A stretch of 64,000 bases of DNA from Oculina patagonica (taxonomy: Eukaryota): contig NC_135760.1 in the NCBI RefSeq assembly GCF_052425735.1, forward strand, positions 8,990,001 through 9,054,000, in the 5' to 3' direction. The notes below the pieces were generated by a model. It had not been told where the DNA came from and ran no database searches. It saw only the letters and a list, made by a program, of their open reading frames with translations. Positions 1 through 11,667 of this stretch are shown piece after piece (position 1 is the first letter of the stretch; every line of letters starts with the position of its first letter). Made by a program: the position numbers and the translations under genes.

Positions 1-3000
1 AGAACCTATACTTACTGGCGCCCTCATTCCCTGTCAAACAGAAATGGGTCACCTCTTTGGAGTTTGTGCTGGATGAGATAAAGAAGAAAAACAACAATGG
101 CGAGGATCAGGTATGTAAATTGCAGTGGAACGAACGTGTCAGTTAAAGAAGGAATTAGTTAGATTTCGTATTTAACATAACCACATCAAACCCCGTGTCA
201 CGAATTTTAGCCAAATTTAGACATAAGAAAAAAAGGCCATCAAATTAAGTGAAAAAATAAATGAAATATGAAAGTAGCCACCTAACGCAGTGAAAGAACA
301 TTTCAGTAACACAGCAAATACAAAAGAAAGTACGGATGGAGAAAAAACGAAGAAGATTAAAACGTATTGCTTTGTGGGTTTTTGAAAAACTGTTAGGCTG
401 GAGCTTTTGCAAAGTCAATTTCGTTTGTTTGTAACTTTTGAGTATAACTCCCGGGAGACATATTTGTTTGTAATGGAAGTAATTTCTTCGCTAACAGAAA
501 GTTTCATAGCCAGTATTTTGCAAAACTTAATGACTAAACTCAGCCGTAATACAATCCCTTTAAGTCGGAAGGTGGTCGCTACTCATCAACAGCGAGACAA
601 CAACCTCGTTTCCCAGGGGTAGAGAGAAGGACAACTTCCCAACGTGCCGTTCCTTTAACCTTTAACTGTTGTTGTTGCTTTGCAGAAACTAATGGGCAAC
701 GTGTTACTGCATTTAGAGGAAGGCGAGCGCCTTGATATTAATTGTACCAAGCTACTAAATGACGAGGTAAGAAGCACAAAAAAATATACATACAGTCGAG
801 ACAACATGGATGTCTCAGCGGTTAGAATATTGAACTGTTTTCTTGCAGGCGTAGAAACAAGTGCTATTTTCGGCTAATTTTCGTAGAGATACCCGACAAA
901 TGTCCGATTTTTATTGTCCAATCAGAAAAGAGCACGAGTACCCCGAACGGTTTACGACATCTTGTCGTCAAGTGATACACCATATGACGTGGTCTCGTGT
1001 AAAAAACAGTCTTGATCAGGCACGGTCAGTTTATATGTAAAAAAAAAAGTAAATTGTCTTTGCTTGACAGTTCTACCTACCTATTTTTATTCAATTTCAA
1101 AGCATTTTTTCTTTTCTTTTGCCTTGTAGTTGGTTCTCCTGGGTGCCGAAGAGGGTCTGTATTCCTTGTCTCTTGAGAGCCCAGGCAAAAACTCGCCACG
1201 CGCCATTCCTGGAATAGAGAGGGCCTTTCAAATCGATATCCTTAGTGATCTGAACCAGGCTATCATGATTGCAGGTACAGATATAAATGTCGCACAATAA
1301 CAGTAGTTTCCTTGGAGCCATTGTTTTAGATTTGATTCTTTTAATGGCAGCCTGGCCGAGTGGTTAGGGACAGACCATTATTTTCTTTGGGGGAGGGGAA
1401 GTTATCACCAACTGCTCAAGATCGATGGTGCAAAGAAAAAAAATCTTGCAGAGGGTTTAGAAAAATTCTTACTCAGAAAAATTCCCGCACCCCCGTCAAA
1501 AAGATAATGGTCCGTCCTTTTGGGCGCTGGACTTGAGTTACGGAGGTTTTCGGGTTTAAATCCTGTTCTGACACTAGATGGCTTTGTTCCCGGTAGTCCG
1601 GAGCTTAAGGTCATTGCCCTGAAATAGAACTGAACACAATTTTTTAACCAAACTTCGCCTATTGGTTTATTACTTTAAGGGAACTTAAATTTTGAAATAA
1701 AAAAGGGGGGTCACCAGATCCGTTTAAGAGCAGGAAGACCTTGTATCTTCCATATAATGCCTTTAAAATTCCTCTGCGAGTACTAGCAAAGTACACGTTT
1801 TTAGCGATAATTTATTTTTTAAACACAAGAATTGATCTGTTTTCATTTTACAGAAAGAACTTGATCGCTACACCCAAAATATGAGAAAAAATCGATAGGT
1901 CACCAGACTCGTTTACGAGAAAGCGACAATTTACTTCTCTCGCGGACTAAGCCACATAGAAAAAAGCCGTTTATGTTTATGTGCGCGCGCTCGCGCGCGC
2001 TTATTACGCGTAAAATTCTGCGCAGTAAGGATGCGCAATGCAATACAGGGCAATGACCTTAACTTCTCGACACGCTTTGGTGTTCCGCATGCCGGTTATC
2101 CATGTTTAACTGTTATTTAATTTACAATATTCGATTCAGCGTTTGTTTACATTGGACCTGAAAAGCCCCATAAGGGGAGTTGTCAACCTCGTTTCCAGGG
2201 TCTCTCTCTCCCCGCCCCGGGAACGAGGTTTGGGAGTTGTCAATCAAGTTTCTTTCTCCTTTACTTTGTTGAGCTTATGTCTTTTGAGAGTTTTACAGGC
2301 TTTGCCATTATGGAAGGTCAAGCTGAAAAACTTTTTTTCTTGTACTGCATACTAAGACAGAAGCAAACGAAACCAGTGAAGAGATGCTGGACTTGTAAAA
2401 CTTCCTTACATTTCCTTGTTTTCTTTCCTTGAAGGCAAAGACCGCCAGTTGTGCAGTGTGGATCTTAAACAGCTTACGACCCGAGCGCGTCAAGTAAACT
2501 CTGCTGTACCACTCACTACACTGAGCTCACAGGGAATAGAAAAGATCACAAACTGCCATTTGTTCGCTGTCGGACAGGTTTGTTCATGATTAATAATGGT
2601 AATAGAACTGAGTGGAATCCGATTCGGTCTGTAATCATACCAGTGATTAACAAAATCGGACGACCCCGTAGCGAGAGTCCGATTTGTTTAATCACGAGTA
2701 TGACAACAGACAGAATTCGACCACACGAAGTCCTATTACCAATTCATCATAAGTATAACAAAATTCGATGAAAAAATTTACACAAGCAAATCCTGTTGAG
2801 GATTTATCCTGACCTCACTTTGACAAAAAAGCAATTTTTAAAACTGAAGGATTTAAGAATATCAAGGCGTATTCAGTCACAATAAGGAACCAAATAAAGA
2901 GTGCGCGCAAAAAGCGAACTTTGTTATTTGATACCTTGTAATCGGACATCTGGTTTATTGGACACTTAAACTGCACGCGCTCCAATTTGGTGAAAAAAGA

Positions 3001-5128
3001 ACGTGCTAAGAACCAATGAGATTCGAGAATTTTGTTATAGTTATGATTAAGAGTGCAATAAAAACCGTTTTACCGTAAATCACGTTGGATTTACTGTTGT
3101 TTTTTCATCTTCTTCAGTGTGAGGATAATTACTACGTTTGCGCTGCGACACCTAACAGCATCCTGTTATTGCGATACAACGCCAGCATTGGGACGTTTTG
3201 TACCCGCAAGGTAAGGAAGCACAACTTTCTGTGAGCGGATTAAACTACAAGTATTCTTTCGCTAATATTTTTTGTACACATTGCGTGCCTGTTTCTATTC
3301 GCAGGAGATCGAGACCAGCGAGCCATGTAACTGCATTCATTTTAGCAAGAGTCACGTGATCTATGGAACTGGCAAGTTCTACAGCTTGGATATCAAGCAA
3401 CACACTGTTAAAGGTTTGAAAATAAAATGATAATATGTAAATAAATAAATGATACATTTCCACGAAATTACAGAGTGATCGAGCATTTATTAATTCTTTT
3501 CAATTTTTTTCAGAATTTCTTGACTCCAAGGACCCTTCATTAGCGTTCGCAGTGTATGGAGCCTCGCAGCTGAACATCTTTCCTATTGCAGTGCTGGATG
3601 TAACCACTGCAGGCTCAAACAAGGAAGAGCTGCTACTTTGTTTTAACGGTAAGCTATCAACAGCATACCGCTGAACATTGCTGACGGGCCAAACAAGTTT
3701 TGATGTTTTGTAAAATATCTTGCGTGACCGAAAAAAGAAAAAAAAGGTCGGATAGAATTGGTTGTTGGAGTACCACGCCATTGCGCGAAAAGTTACAGTA
3801 AGTAGACATCCGTTGAAATTGTACCGCACAACAGCCTCAGGAATTCAGAAGTGAACACCCCGGCGGTGTTATTCAGACGGCATTGCGCGCAATTTTCCAT
3901 GAACTGTCCAGGTATTGAAGCAAACCACCTTTCCGTTAATTTAGCTTTTTACGCGAAATTCAACTTCTCGTAGTTATTTCCAAAACGGACCCCATCAATA
4001 CCATTTATAACCTAACACGATGCTGAAGAAAATTTGAATAAATCTTTTGTGTTTTTAGAGTTTGGCGTGTTTGTGAACAGCTCTGGTTGTCACAGCAGGA
4101 AAAAGCCTTTGATGTGGTGCAGACTGCCGCTTGCTTTTGGTGAGTTCCACCGGTCCCATGAGCAAGATTTCTGCTTTTCCTAATTATTCCTAAGTTCTGC
4201 GTAAACATACTACACCGTTACTTATAATATTTTTTTTTTTGTTCCAACAGCTTACAGTGAGCCATTCCTGTTTGTCACTCATTTTAATTCCATTGACGTC
4301 TGTGAAATTCCACCAAGTACTGCTGAAAATCCCAGGTAAAAAAAATATTTTTTTCCCCTCTATTCCCGCGCCGGCGATTCTCAAGCCTGCAATGCAGGCG
4401 TATTTTAGCGCCGAGAGCACATTTCGATTGGGTGAGCGCCATCTTGGATTCGAACTCGGGAGAGGCTTGGGGAGAGATTTAAAAAGCGTCCTGGGGAGTA
4501 GGAGTAAGGCTGAATGAAGAGTGTGGCGTCGTTCTCTCGTCTCAACCCTCTACGTTTGCGTCTCCAAGACCAAATACGCGAAAAAAATTTTTTATCCAAC
4601 GCTCGCCCATAAAAAAAAGCCTGCATTGCATCCGGCAGAGGGGGATGCCGGATGTATTTTTTTGTCTCCAGGTAAATGGGCTATAACCATTTGGGGCTTG
4701 TAAGCGGGGGGAGGGGCTTATAACCGGAATTTTACGGTATTCCCTTCGCTCTCTCACGTCTTTTAACTCTTTCTTACAGCCGCTATGTGCACAAGTTTCT
4801 GGAAATTCAAAATCCACGGGTCCTTAGTCCAGCGGTATCTCCCGGTGCGGTCTATCTCGCTTCCACGTTACACGAGCAAGTTGAGATGCTGTGTTTCCAA
4901 GGCAACGCAGCTCCCGCCAGTGTCTTCCAACCCGAAGACGACGACGATAGCATGTCGATCATTTCCGAGCTGTCACGACTGTCGAGCCCGAGCCGCCGAT
5001 CGTCGATGTTGGCTCGTTCCCCTTCGTGGAGTCCCGGTTCTGCCCGAGTGAAGTCGTTGAAAGGCATTTGTCCTAAGAAGAGCAGCTCATTTCGCACAGT
5101 TAAACCTCTGACAGAAGAAAACATGTGA
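1..5128 (+). CDS. CIT: Citron Rho-interacting kinase, 3' part (end of PH domain + CNH domain), 10 exons, 5'-partial
   Basis: GT-AG exons <1-110, 686-766, 1130-1274, 2435-2577, 3118-3210, 3305-3413, 3514-3648, 4059-4139, 4251-4335, 4780-5128 join in frame. They give [120 protein letters not shown]. This is collinear with the vertebrate citron PH-CNH region ([49 protein letters not shown]). Confidence 0.93.
1367..1518. mobile_element. MITE, PIF/Harbinger-like
   Basis: Imperfect TIR GGGACAGACCATTA / TAATGGTCCGTCC with TTA on the left flank. Confidence 0.5.
1609..2058. mobile_element. Non-autonomous TTAA-target DNA transposon (Kolobok-like, GG...CC ends)
   Basis: TIR GGTCATTGCCCTG / CAGGGCAATGACC with TTAA on both sides (1605-1608, 2059-2062). 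Confidence 0.75.
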
Positions 5129-5268
5129 CTGCAATAATCTTTTGCTCAATAATTGAAAAACTACTAATAGCAGTTTAATTTTAATCTGCTGATAATAGAA
5201 GCAATGAAAAAAGTAAACTCAACGTTTACCCGTGCACGTTCCAGTACTAGACAGTTTAATACGTTATA

Positions 5269-5529
5269 CAGGGTTCGAAAACCTGGAAAGTCATGGAATT
5301 TTTTGAAATTCATTTTCCAGGCCTGGAAAGTCATGGAAAGCGGTATTGATTGTACAAAATAAATTAGGCAGGTTATTTTTGTCAAGAAAACGGTAACAGC
5401 GTACCCGAAATCAAGATGATTTCTGTTCCAAGAAAAAAATTCAAATTAGGTCATGGAAACTTTGAAAAGTCGTGAAAAAGGTCATGGAAAGTCGTGGAAT
5501 TTCAGAAGCTCAAAAGAGTACGAACCGAG
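5269..5529. mobile_element. hAT-like MITE downstream of the CIT stop codon
   Basis: CAGGGTTCG start, GTACGAACC end, and repeated subterminal GTCATGGAA motifs. Confidence 0.55.
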
Positions 5530-5798
5530 TGACATTTGATATGCTATTGGGTAATAGCTTTAGTGTGCACACTTAGAATTTACAATAATTTGCCTACCAG
5601 TATTTTAGAAGTCGAACCTTTGATTACTTTACGGGTCACTCGCACCGCAAGGCAGTATCGAGTTTTGCTAGAAAATACGGCGTTTGTGCCCATTAGTCCG
5701 TAAGTGACGCGGTCTCAAAGAAGCTAACAGCTAGAGATAGCAAGTCAGTAACTGAGACACTTGTAAATCAATTTTAATAAGCGGGGAGTTTTTTGTTA

Positions 5799-5948
5799 CA
5801 GTAGAATCTCGATTTCTCGAACCTCTGTGAGAAACAAAAATTGCTTGAAGAAATCTGGGGTAAAATTACCTTAAAAGTATTATCCAACTGCTTCGAGAAA
5901 TCGGGAGTTTCGAGAAACCGAGGGTTTAAAAAATCGGGATTCTACTGC
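5799..5948. mobile_element. Tc1/mariner-type MITE
   Basis: TA-CAGTAGAATCTCGATT ... AATCGGGATTCTACTG TIRs. Related copies at about 30560 and 63220. Confidence 0.65.
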
Positions 5949-7180
5949 AGTTTGCAAGGGTTTCAAACTACTGATCGGTCAGTCATTCCTAGTACAGGAT
6001 TTCCGGAAACCCATCAGATTTATTTTGTTTAGTACTATGTGCTACGGAGAAAAATTGCTGAAACTCGCTTCATTTAAAACCCGTGAATGGTATTTGCCTT
6101 GAAAGAGGGGCGTTTAGTTTGTAGATAGGAAGATTGAAATGTCTCTTGTTGTCTACTTAGAGAGTATAAAATCACTGTACTTTCGAGAGAAAAAGAGTTA
6201 ATTACTCTTGGTTTACTTAACCAAGAAATGTATATATAGTAAATCACTGACAACATGAAAGTTATCCGTAAACTTTCGAACCTCGTTGAAGCTCTTTTAA
6301 ACGAGAGAAACATATGGGACAGATCCCAGTCGATTATGTAGTATAGAAGTAAAATTAAAAATTAACTTTTGGTTAATGCTGCACTCACCGTGGTAGGCAT
6401 ATTGCCTCTAGCTTTAGTGTTAAAGCGCACCAGCGTGGGAAAAGGTTCCTTCTTGTCCGTTTATCATTTGAAGGATTACGTGGTTCTAGCCCCAATTCAA
6501 GATCAAATGCGTTAAGCAAGTCGTGCCCCACTCTTTTCAGTGTCTCTATGCGATTATAGTCTTAAAGTACAAGAAAGACACAAAGAAATCCTTCACCTGT
6601 AGTATGGTAGTTTATTGATAATTTTTAATACAGAAAATAAATAACAGATTTTTGATTTGTGTTGCTTCTATCTGTTATCAGTACACTGTTTACAGACCTA
6701 TTTTCTCGTATTTTTTCTTCAGTCGTTGAACACAGAAAAAGTATTGAGAGAGCACTGGACGCCAGCTCGCGCTCGCTGTTTCTCTCGTATTCTTTTGCGT
6801 TGGATAAAAAAGAGAGACGCTGTGAACAGTTTAATAATTGTATCGTGATTTGTATAATCAATGATTTCGCACTGTTCAATTTGTGAAATACCGTAAACGT
6901 CCAAAAAACAAGCTCGATAAACCTGCATGACCAAAAAACGTTGCTATCCAGTTGTAAGGCCTCGCCTTTTTGACTGTGCTCCTCAGCCGTTTGCCTTATC
7001 AGTTGCAGACGTTTACTTAACGTAGAGTCTGTGGACAGAACCTCTCCACCATTTTTGTTCCGAAAGACCGCGATTCCTGGCCAAAAGGATCGCAGCCTCT
7101 GCGAACGAGAATGCCTCTGGCTACAGGCTGCAAGATCCAGTATTTGAACTCCCCGGGTCTCACAGGACGTGAACACTCCA

Positions 7181-7354
7181 CTTGGGTTTTCCAAACGGAC
7201 AAATACCATGTCAGCCCCTCTGTGGATGTGAATACCCTGATGATAAGTAACAATGCCCACAGTACACTGGTTTAAGCGTGATTCTCTTGAATCACGTGTC
7301 ACTCCACCCAAGATATCTTGGGTTTTCCAAACGGACAAATACCATGTCAGCCCC
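7181..7354. repeat. 38-bp direct duplication of the last coding segment of the methyltransferase into its 3' UTR
   Basis: CTTGGGTTTTCCAAACGGACAAATACCATGTCAGCCCC at 7181-7218 and 7317-7354. Confidence 0.9.
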
Positions 7355-10300
7355 ATCACAGTCTACGGGTTGAGAAGCACGGGACCAAACAGTGAGTGAG
7401 TCCATGTGACCTGGCCAGTTTGGTAGCTGAACACGTGACACGCAGCGAAAACGTTCTCCAAGTTGAAGCTGAAAGGCACGTGATGTAGTTTGTCCCCAGG
7501 GATTGGCCGAGAGTGTCTCGCCGAACAGTTCACCAATATGAATGATAGTATTTCCTTTATAGTGCTTCAGACAGTCCAGTGAAAATGAACAGTCCTCTGA
7601 CAGACAAAAAATAAAACACCACAGATTTCAGTTCCTTCCTTTTTATGTTTTAAAAATCAGTGAACAGCAAAAGGATGCCTCCTAGCTTGTGAATACAGCC
7701 CTTTTTTCATCACTTGCTGCTGTATATGCAGGCTAAAATAGATTCACAGTAGCAAGTGTTGCTGTACGAATGAAGAGTTTTCCACGCAAAAATTGGGGCA
7801 GGGGCAAACCCCTCCTCTTATTCGGTGTTCCCTTACTCAATTTTTGGGCACACAAAATGCAGGAACGCTTGCAGTGCACTTACCATGCCTATCATCAACA
7901 GCTTGCAGTCTTCCATTAGATAGTTATGACTGTGGACCCCCTTTTAATGCGAAAGCGGTTTTGAACAACACTTTGCTTTATGGAGACTTATGCCCACTCC
8001 CTATTTCTTTGATTTTCAGAACTTTGATGCCAGTATGGGTTTTTATGTACCTTATTGTTACTTTTTTTGCGGGACTTAATTTTCGCAATATTTTCAAAAA
8101 ATCGCAAAATTAAATACCAGCGAAAATTTATTTTAAATGTTTTCTATTTTTTTATGTCTCATTTGCCGAGAATGTGTTAAGTTGATCACAATAGTTATAG
8201 GATCCTGGGTCCGCAATGCGTACAAAGGAATAGATTATTGTCGGCTATATAAGACATGTACTTCCAGTTTGGACTCTAATCAGTAAAAAACCGGAACTTA
8301 CATGTAAAAGAAGTGAGATTAACTGTATATCCTTACCTTCATGATCAGGCCAGCTTAGTAGCAAAGCCCTGTCTTCATGATCACACAAAATGCTTGGGCT
8401 CCCATCCTGGAAAAACAACAAGAACAACATGAAAATGTCCCTGGACTAATGCAAGACAACTTTCAGAAACATTGTTTTAAATTGTTTAAAGCTGTTCCAA
8501 TTTTTGCAATAAATTGACACCAAAGAAAAAAGGGTCACCAAATGTCACAGGTGAAATTTCCACTAAACCTGCCATTGGGTAATTCTGTTTTTTATTTTAG
8601 GTAGACTGGAAATAAAGAACACCTGATTGTAGGTTAAATTTTCTTACAAGAACTCATGGGTCATCAAAAACATAACAATGTATCAAATCAAGTTTAATTT
8701 ATCAAGTACAAATCCAGTGTACAGCATAATATATTATTGCACAGGTATCCTGAATTGTTTTTGAATAAGGAAATATAGTTGTGTTTATTTGAGGTTATCA
8801 CTTTCAGGGCCTCATTACTTTTGGCAACCTCATTCCCAGGGGCTCCCCCCCCCCCCCAGAGTAAGAGAGAGAGGGGTGTGGGGTTGTACTTTTGGAACTT
8901 TACAGTAAACATATGCAACCAAAAAAATACCATAATCTCTATGTATCTCATATCAGCTGGGTACACTGTGTTCTGATCAAATGCTATGATGTCTGCTCCC
9001 CGCTCTTGGAGAAGAAACTCCCAATACCCATTTCCCTAAAAAACATGATAAGCAAACTGAGTATGAAGCTTGAATTTACCAACGGGCTGAATTTGAGGGG
9101 GAGGGGTGAGTTCAAACCAAAAAATTCTTCCGTAGGAGGGGTTTGGATGTTTTGTGGACCAATATTTTTAGCAGTGGAGGTCTCGTTTAGGGTTGCATGT
9201 CAAGAAAGGAACAGGGATGTTTGTTGTCTTGCTTAGGGGTATAAATATTATGGAATGGCGATATTTGTTGGCTGTCATGGTCTTGCTTACCTCACCTGTT
9301 GCATGTGATGGGAAAAAAGAAGTACTGTGATACTGTTTTAATAGTCTGTACCAATTAGGGTCGTGGGAGGCACAGTGTCCTAATGGTTGGCACGCTAGAC
9401 TCCAAGTCAAACGGCCGGCGTTCAAACCCTGGCTTAGACTTGCCACAAGTCGACCTCACGAGTTTTCAGAGTAAATAAGTGAGCGAAGCAAGCCTTTTAG
9501 GCCGCGAAGCGGCCGTGCGAGTGACGAAGTCGAGAGAGGTCGACTTGTCTTGCTTGAAGGGTTTTCGTTTGCGTTTCGCGCCAAAAATGGGGAGTATCAA
9601 TTTCCAAGGGGGTGGAGTTTAGCTGTTGCGTGACTTACGCCTGGTATCTCGGATTTCGCGTTGCAAGTCCTTGACTCGCTATCCACACCAAGAAAGGAGT
9701 CTCCAGAAACCCTGTTCGCAGGCTACGGTTGGAGCAAAAACAAAAACATCTCTCCCAGAAAGATAAGCTTCTATTGTTTTCGCTGGTAGTCACGCAAACC
9801 TGAATAACTGGTGGCCTTGACAGCATCATCTATCGCTTTCGAAATTGACCCCATGTTAAATGTTTGACCGCAAGTCACGTTTCACTGCGCTTAATCCCTT
9901 GTGATTGACACTTCTGTCCTAAGGGCTTCTCTGATTGGTCTACGCTCAGCGACCCGTTTTTGGATCGCTAAAAGTGGCGCGATTCAAGTATGAAAAGTCC
10001 TTCGTCCCGGCGCGCCATAATAAACAAGACAAAGGACTTTATTGAAAGTCTAACCCTGGCTGGGATGCTGCGTTGTGTTCTTGGGCAAGATACTTTACTC
10101 TCACAGACAGTACCTCTCTCCACCCAGGTGTATAAATGGGTAACAGCCAATTTACATGCTGGGGGGTTTCCCTGCAATAGACAAGTTAAGCATCCCATCC
10201 AGGGGAGAGTAGCAATACTCCTAGTTGCTCAATGCTACAGAAACCAGAATAAGCTCCGGCTGTATGGGCCACTTGGCTCAGACACAGACTTTACCAATCA

Positions 10301-11395
10301 GGCTCAGAAAAATGGTCTCTTTTGGGATCAAAATAGCTTAAGACACACCCAGATTGGTGGGGGTCTCCTTTAGGGTTTAGTTCAAATTTTCCAATAAGCA
10401 CCCCATCTCTTTCATATCGAAGTACTCCTACCTGGCCACATTTTATGTGATAATTTCTAATAAAGGTTGTACTACCCAGAGCACAGAAATACTCACAGCA
10501 CCTGCAGAGATGAGAGGAACTTTTAAGTTCAAGATGTGTTCAAGTGCCTGCTGGCAAGGCACAGAAAAAGAAAACAGGATCTGCAGTGTCTGACATGAAC
10601 TCCTGTCATCTACATTCCTAAAACAACAAAGCAACCATATGTAATATAATGAAATTATCCATCTTTATTATATTACAAGCAAGAAAAAGACAACTGATTG
10701 TCTGCAAGAACAAGCTGTAAATGACTTGAAACTGCAGGAAATTCCATAACTTGTAGTCACTAAGCCATTATATAGGGCATACGTGTATGTGTATGGTTTT
10801 GGCTTACGGTAGCTAGCTTTTGGATGAAAGCATCAATAATCCTGCTGTGTTTTGCCGTGGTGAATTCGTTAGCTCTCCCTCAAATCAAGGGACTTCCCTT
10901 CATCACCCCCCTTCCCCAACCGAAGGATAAAATTGATTCCTTCCGGTCTGATTTTTTTTTTTTTTTTTTTTTTTTTTGGGGGGGGGGGAGGCGAACCCTT
11001 TGAGAAAACTTCTCTACCCTCCCTGCGCCCTGCCACACCCCTTCCCCCCTTTCTTTAATATCAGCTTTTTTGACAAAAGTCTTGACCGGTCGTATTTCAA
11101 TGAATCGGTACGGGATTGGACGGATCATGAATGGAACGTTCCATCAGGACTAGCTACAGTAAACCATTAAATTATTTTGAAAGTTTGTTTACCTTATCCA
11201 AGAATTTAAAACCCTTCTCACTTGGTCGTCCATTGAAACGTCGCAAAAACGGTGAACTTCACTTGGAGCGTATTTCATTTTCCACTTGAAAATTTCGTAG
11301 TAGATTATTTCTCCATTTCTTTTTCTCTGTTGAAGCGTTCTATACGATAAATGATCTGGTATCTTTGAAGGCGACGGAGACGAAAAAGCCGCCAT
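7292..11395 (-). CDS. Uncharacterised class I SAM-dependent methyltransferase-like protein, 5 exons, 267 aa
   Basis: GT-AG exons 11395-11193, 10617-10497, 9035-8931, 8406-8337, 7596-7292 total 804 nt and join in frame (phases 2,0,0,1) from ATG to TGA. The protein has motif I LISAGAGNGYW, an acidic beta-2 end GADIIAFD, then RALLLSWPD, TIIHIGE and LPNWPGHMDSLTVW. Confidence 0.85.
9360..10295 (+). mobile_element. tRNA-derived SINE with CORE-like domain, split by an insertion
   Basis: tRNA-like head GGGAGGCACAGTGTCCTAATGGTT...GTTCAAACCC, then CORE-like TTGGGCAAGATACTTTACTCTC...GTATAAATGGG. Other copies at 50643-51190 (+) and about 24590-24700 and 29200-29420 (-). Confidence 0.7.
9435..10052. mobile_element. 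Non-autonomous DNA transposon with TAGAC...GTCTA ends and perfect 9-bp TSD (Mutator-like)
   Basis: ACCCTGGCT duplicated at 9426-9434 and 10053-10061; TIR TAGACTT / AAGTCTA. Confidence 0.8.
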
Positions 11396-11667
11396 ATTGG
11401 TAACATGAGTCATCGGCACTGATGGCCAGCGTCCAACCACCGTTGCGTGGAAACCACGTCACGTGATCAGACTCGCTTGGGTGCAACTCTTTTGCAAGCC
11501 GCCATTTTGAAGAGTACGACGCGAGGATTGCGTTGTGTATCCGTGTTTTACTTGCAATCAGACGCTTTTTATTGATTGCAGTAACTTCAGCCTCGTTCAA
11601 AACAGGCCCACATTCTTCTGCTTGGCTTTTAATATCGTTGTAGTCCAACATTTTTGCGTTTTAAACC
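11396..11667. promoter_or_regulatory. Bidirectional promoter between the methyltransferase and SRSF genes
   Basis: Divergent ATGs are 272 bp apart. Contains E-box GTCACGTGAT (11458-11467) and YY1 consensus GCCGCCATTTTG (11498-11509). Confidence 0.7.

Larger units (their letters stand above)
1346..2200 (+). mobile_element. tRNA-derived SINE fragment interrupted by two MITEs
   Basis: A-box-like GGCAGCCTGGCCGAGTGGTTAG at 1346; the head resumes after 1518 (GCGCTGGACTTG...GGGTTTAAATCC, B-box-like). The body resembles the minus-strand copy at about 61560-61770. Confidence 0.5.

Noticed and set aside
2299-2400. Possible extra CIT exon after TTTTACAG
   Set aside because: Citron homology is complete without it, and the 1274>2435 junction keeps the frame.
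6625-7359. 244-aa minus-strand ORF in the track
   Set aside because: It starts out of frame inside the real last exon and runs through the UTR duplicate and a MITE. No domain is recognisable.
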